Source of the DNA: Podarcis filfolensis | Taxonomy: Eukaryota | Direction: 5' to 3' (one strand) | Assembly: GCA_964270895.1 (NCBI GenBank) | Contig: OZ185447.1 | Length of the DNA stretch: 64,000 bases | In this document: one piece after another, positions 58,783 to 64,000 of the stretch | Position numbering within the stretch: the stretch's first letter is position 1 | Layout of the letters: every line of letters starts with the position of its first letter | Notes under the pieces: generated by a model | What the model saw: the letters and a program-made list of their open reading frames with translations, nothing else | Databases searched by the model: none | Told to the model about the DNA's origin: nothing | Program-made: the position numbers and the translations under genes

Positions 58783-60759
58783 TGTCAAACATCCAAGTGG
58801 TTTCTATGCATAAACAGATACACAACACATGCAGCAAGTTAGAAATGGGCTTTCCCATCGGACAATGTACAGGTATAAACAAGTGGAGCAGAATAACAAA
58901 AGTAATGACAAATGATGTGAGTTGAGCGCAACTTTTCCAAATAGTTACCAAGACGTGGGGGGGAGAAGGGGCTTATGTAGCTCCAGCCAAATCTCTGGGA
59001 GACCACCAATGTACGCATGCACACACTGACAGGATTGAGAGCAGAACCTGGCCTTGTTGGGCAGCTGCCAAGACCTAGAAGTGTCCAAGCAGGACCCATG
59101 ACAAATACCTGCCCTCGGTCCCCCCTTAAAATACTTGTTTCTGGTCTTATTGTTCAAAACAGGCTAAGATGCTGGATCTAGAGGCCAGTTTAACTTTTGC
59201 ACCATGCCCCACTGCCATCCCCAAATCTGGAGCTTGCCTGGCAGACACACATGCCCAAGACAAGCAAAGTTTTCCTCCTTCCCTGCGATTTCAAGTGTTC
59301 ACAATGAAGACGTCTTTACCAGAGCTGGCTACGCTCGCTTGTGTTTCTTTTGTGCAAGAAGAGCCCATCTGAGAAGGATAAGTGCATTCAAACTGTTGGA
59401 ATGGGGAGGCAACCTGTGGCCTTCCAGATGTTGAATCTGTCTGAGGTGACGAGTTGGGAGCCCAACAACATCTGGAAGGCCACAGGTTCCCCTCCTGTGC
59501 AGGCAGCTAGCTGGGGTGTGCATGCGTTAAGATTATGAGAGACAAAAATTGGACCAAACTTGTCATGGCGGGGAAGCCCACAGTCTCAACATGCGCAATA
59601 ACAGAATTAACAACCAGAAAATGGGAAGGGGAGAGCAGGGCCGCGGGGTAGAGAAGGGCTTCAGAACAAAGATTGGAAGTTTTGTAACGACTGGAAGGGG
59701 GGAGATTGGAGGGGACAATGGCTGTTCTCACCTAGGCATTTTCAGCAAATCCAGCCAAGGTGACTCAGAGCAAGGGTGGGCAACCTGTGGCTCATGTTGC
59801 TGGACTGTAACTTCCATCATGCCTGTGATGGTTGGGGATGATGGGAGTTGGGAGTCCAGCAGCTGGGAGGGCCAGAGGATGCTCATCCCTGGGTTAGACA
59901 TTACAGTACAAGGTGTAAACTGAGTGGGTTAAAAGAATTTCACAGGCACTCCCTTTTGGAGTACAAGTCCCATCAGCCCCAGCTAGGAGGGCCAGAGATT
60001 ATGAGAGTTTTAGTCTAGCAATATCAGGAGGGCCACAGGTTTCCCATCCCCAATTTAAAATGTTGCACCTGAGCACCATCGCTCGAAAACATGGCTCGTC
60101 CAAGTTCTCAGTACTTTTCTTTCTTTCACTGCTAAATAAAATTTAAACATTTTAACATCAGCTTTGTTTTCATACTACGAAAGGCAGGATTAATTCCGAA
60201 ACGAGCTTATTAAGGAATTTTACGGAATAGTCAATAGAATTGTTATGGTTATTATTATTAGTAAAAAAAACACCTTTAAAAATACACATTTGCTTTCCAA
60301 GTTATGTTTTGTAATCCACTCGAGTCTGGCAGTGAACTCTCTATTCTGCCAAACAGTGCTGAAGCAAGGTCTAGCCTTGGATGTCACGAAATGAACACTC
60401 AAGAGCCAAAATAATCAGAAAAATGTCGGGACTAAATCTTTTGGCATTATTACATCAAATTTCAGAATGGATAAGCTTATGGTTTGGGGAGATTTAAGGG
60501 CTAAATCATCTGTTTTGCTGTATGAAGAGTTCTGCAGGGTATTGTAATGGATTCTCCTGACAGCTGCAACTCCTGAGAGTTTAATTTCTTTCCTCAAGGT
60601 TATGGTAGAACCAATCCTAACTCTGTGCAAGGAAAGGTTAGGTAGAGAATCTCCATAGGCACCTTGCAGCCCTGAAGTGGAAAGTTTTGAATTTAAAGGG
60701 ATGGATTCCATTGCCGCCCCCTATAAAATCTGGAACTCTGAGAAGGGGCGATTCGACTC

Positions 60760-60837
60760 CTAGGAATAGCGAGTCAGCTTGTCATAGTTGGGTCCGATGG
60801 TCCTACACAGAAACATCGATAGCGTCATGAGGCAGAG
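60760..60837 (-). CDS. CD37: CD37 tetraspanin terminal coding exon (LCLMTLSMFLCRTIGPNYDKLTRYS stop)
   Basis: ctctctcttcccacag acceptor; matches human CD37 [25 protein letters not shown]; tail-to-tail with TEAD2 as in human. Upstream exons not found, presumably beyond 64000. Confidence 0.85.
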   Translation of the reverse strand, partial: LCLMTLSMFLCRTIGPNYDKLTRYS

Positions 60838-62057
60838 CTGTGGGAAGAGAGAGATCCAGTTAAAAGAGGGCTCACGTTGCTGCTCTGATACAACCACTGG
60901 CACCAATGGGGGGCAGCCCCAGCTGCATTTCGTGGGACATTGATCACCCAGAGGGTGGACCTCACAGGAAACACCAGGGCAGCCTTCGCATTCTGGAGTT
61001 GCCTGGGCTTTTTAAAAACAGGTTTACGGAAGAAAGCAGAAGGCCATTGTCTCCCCCCCCCCCCCCGCCCGCCCCCATCTAGCTGGATAAGGAGGGAGGA
61101 GAATTTAAACTATCTACAGTGTTTGAAATCCCCCAGGTGCCACCTAGTGCGGGTCCAATTGCCACCACATGGAGACCTGATGATGCCAGGTTCGCGACTG
61201 ACATCTCCATCTGGCTGGCCCCGCCAGCTTTCTTAAACAGGTTGCACAAAACAAATGAAATACCGTGAAAATCCCTGAAACGAAAAGTAATCGACTAGAA
61301 ATATTATCTTGTGGAAATCAACTAAATAATAAAAATCAAAAAGCTTAAGGGAAAAAAATTAGAAAAACCTAAAATAGAACAAAGCCTTAACGGGATGCCG
61401 GCTGCAAACCCCGTTTCACTGAACTATTCAGTCTCCTCAGAAGGAAACAGAATTTTAAATGACCAAAATTCAAACAAGGGTAGAACACCAAAAATTCTGA
61501 CGTATTATAATCCTAGCTCGACCTAGGTAAAGCAAAACAGGTCAGCAGAAAAGCTTGTTTATTGCATTTATATCCCACCTTTTTCTCCAAAGAGTTCATG
61601 GTTCACCCCCATCTCAGTTAATCCCTACAATGACCCTGTGAGGAAGGTTAAGAGGCTGCGACTGGCCCAAGGTCATGACTGAGTGGGGATTTGAACCTTG
61701 ATCTCTCAGGTCTGATACTTTAACCATGGCACCACACTGGCTTCCTAGATTTCTGCTACAGGCCAGCTCTATGAATTAAGTAGGTAAATAAATATGGGGA
61801 AAGCAAAATGTCATTTAAGAGAAGGATCTGAAATATTTTCCTTAATGCCTGATTTTTTTATTATTATGGGTTGTTTTATTTGATGCTTTAATGTGTTGCA
61901 AACCGCTTTGAGATTTTTTTATTTAAAATATAAAGCAGTATAGAAATGAAATTAATAATATTAATAAACCCCACGGGTGGGGGGTGGGGAGGAAAGTCGC
62001 CCAAACATTCCGTTGTGGCAACCGTAACCCAAGTTTAAGGTGCTATTTGGCGATTGA

Positions 62058-62302
62058 CAGTGGTACCTCGGGTTAAGTACTTAATTCGTTCCGGAGGTCC
62101 GTACTTAACCCGAAACTGTTCTTAACCTGAAGCACCACTTTAGCTAATGGGGGCCTCCTGCTGCCGCCGCGCCGCCAGAGCCCAATTTCTGTTCTTATCC
62201 TGAAGCAAAGTTCTTAACCTGAAGCACTATTTCTAGGTTAGCAGAATGTGTAACCTGAAGCGTATGTAACCTGAAGCGTATGTAACCTGAGGTACCACTG
62301 TA
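62058..62302. mobile_element. Tc1/mariner-type MITE
   Basis: CAGTGGTACCTC...GAGGTACCACTG-TA; left TA mutated. Confidence 0.88.
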
Positions 62303-64000
62303 TATCTAAAAGTTTTTAACACTGTCTACAGATTATCCAGCAGAGGGAGGGTTCTTCCTTTTAAAGATACACTTTCATTTCTCCTTCCAGCAACCCCAAG
62401 GAGGAGGCAGGCAATTATAGCACCCATTTTGCAGGTGGAGAGGAAGTGCCTCACTCAGTGCGTTATTCGTGGAAGTGGCTGAACATGAGCTCGCATCTCC
62501 TGGCAAAACAGTCTCTACACAGTTGCGCAGTCTGTTTCCCCTGACAGAACTTGCACCACAACTCAGGCCCATCGCAGCACAGGCTGAGGTAGGAGTTTCA
62601 GGATGAGCATCTGAGGCCCAGCAACCTGCAGTTTATCTGTAGGAGCATGCATGCACACACACGCCGCGTGCGCTCCACACCCATGGCAATCCCAAGGCCA
62701 ACACAACGCGGCGCTTGCCAGAACCGTCTTATTCTTGCAGTTAAAGCGCCATTCCTTAGGTAGAAGGATACAGTCCCTGGCCACCACATTTCTAAATGGT
62801 CTAATAGCCGAGGCACCCATGCACACACATCTACAGCACTCAGAAGGACATACAGCATCTGGAGTGGGCCACAGACCAGCATGGAAACATGCAACGCCTG
62901 ACGTCGTAAGGACCACAAGACAATGCATACAGAGCACTCTGAACATTCAGAAGCACTACACAAGTGCTAATTATTTTGTTACCATCACGAAAAAAACACC
63001 CTGCTTTTCTTCTACTCTGGAAGGCAATGCTGGTCTTGTGCTAGTGACAATAGACATTGTTCTGCTACAGACCAAGTCTATTCAAAACATTCAGATTCGG
63101 TTTATGAAGCGGAAGCATGCTGGGTTCGGCCTTCATTTCAATCTGTGCACTTCGACCTGGAAAGCCCTACTTGCCATTCGTTCCAGATATGAATAGGCAA
63201 GCAGGCAATTACTCAGTGGTTCAAGCAGGGAAGCAGAGAGAGCACTTCAGGAACACAGGGCAGCTGCCTTGCACTGTACAGAGTCAGACCCTTGTCTCAG
63301 AATTGTCCACACACCAGCAGTGGCTCTCCAAGATTTAAAGGCTGGGATCTCTTAGTCCTGCCTTGAGACCATCTGCATGCAAAGCAGGTGAATGCATTAT
63401 TCTATATTGTTTTATTCTTTTGTTTTGCTTTTTTATTTTATTTGGAGCTTTGTGATATTTGGTGTGTGTTTTTGACTTGCTCTTGCCTTGGCATTTCAAA
63501 GAGCTGCTGTGTTTAAATACTGGCTTCGGAATGGACGGAGATGCTGATGAGATCAGAAGGGTGTGTGCATCTTGGAGGGAGCAGGGTGGGTTATCAGTAA
63601 TGATTCCTCCCTCCCTAGAAATAACCACTCTGAACTCCCTCCTGTTGCATTTTAGCTATATTTTGAAATTTTCTTTCTAGTCCCTCCACCGCTTTCTCGT
63701 TCTCTTTCCCCTTCTCTCTTTCTTTTATGGAGGGTAAAGGCTCGGTCACTCTAAACACTTCCTCTTCTTGCTCTGAGGGGGCATCAAGGCTCCCCTTGCG
63801 AAGCAGCCTAGAGGGCAGGCACGTGGCAACTGACTGCGAGGAGGAAAAGGGGGAAAGGAGGCGCTGATACACACAGATTTGCAGCAGCTAAATCCCTACC
63901 AGGCCAAGGCAAAGCTCAGCCTTTCCACTTCACCTGGAGTAATTACCTTGCCAATACTCGAAGTAGATGTCCCTGTGCGGGCAACAGCAAAAGGGTTTAA

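Noticed and set aside
62563-63196. Three overlapping ORFs of 121-181 aa, one with a CVGLGIAMGVE stretch resembling CD37 TM4
   Set aside because: No donor after the matching residue, no WL.NN motif, and no recognisable homology; treated as intronic.
63945-63972. Minus-strand acceptor/donor pair near the window end as a CD37 exon
   Set aside because: 26 nt and no frame matches the expected GC...WL..N exon.

Overview
Eukaryotic genomic DNA from a squamate reptile. The Sauria SINEs, BovB fragment and repeat content suggest a lacertid-type lizard (inference). The supplied ORF track is mostly spurious because the real genes are split into short exons, which I reconstructed by hand from GT-AG boundaries and reading-frame continuity. 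The window holds the block KASH5/CCDC155 (minus, 12 confident plus 1 tentative coding exons, 3' end not found in the window), a Dickkopf gene (minus, complete, 7 exons, 374 aa), TEAD2 (plus, complete, 11 coding exons) and the last exon of CD37 (minus). Gene order and orientation match the human 19q13.33 block. Three observations stand out. (1) The gene at the DKKL1/Soggy position encodes a full DKK3-like protein with both 10-Cys domains, which mammalian DKKL1 lacks. (2) The TEAD2 orthologue appears to start at a non-AUG (AUA) codon in strong Kozak context, collinear with the TEAD1 AUU start. (3) A perfect 74-bp inverted repeat, built from old CR1 sequence, sits in a TEAD2 intron. Introns are dense with Tc1/mariner-type and hAT-type MITEs, solo LTRs, SINEs and LINE fragments. 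Comparisons to human proteins are from memory of those sequences; no database search was run.
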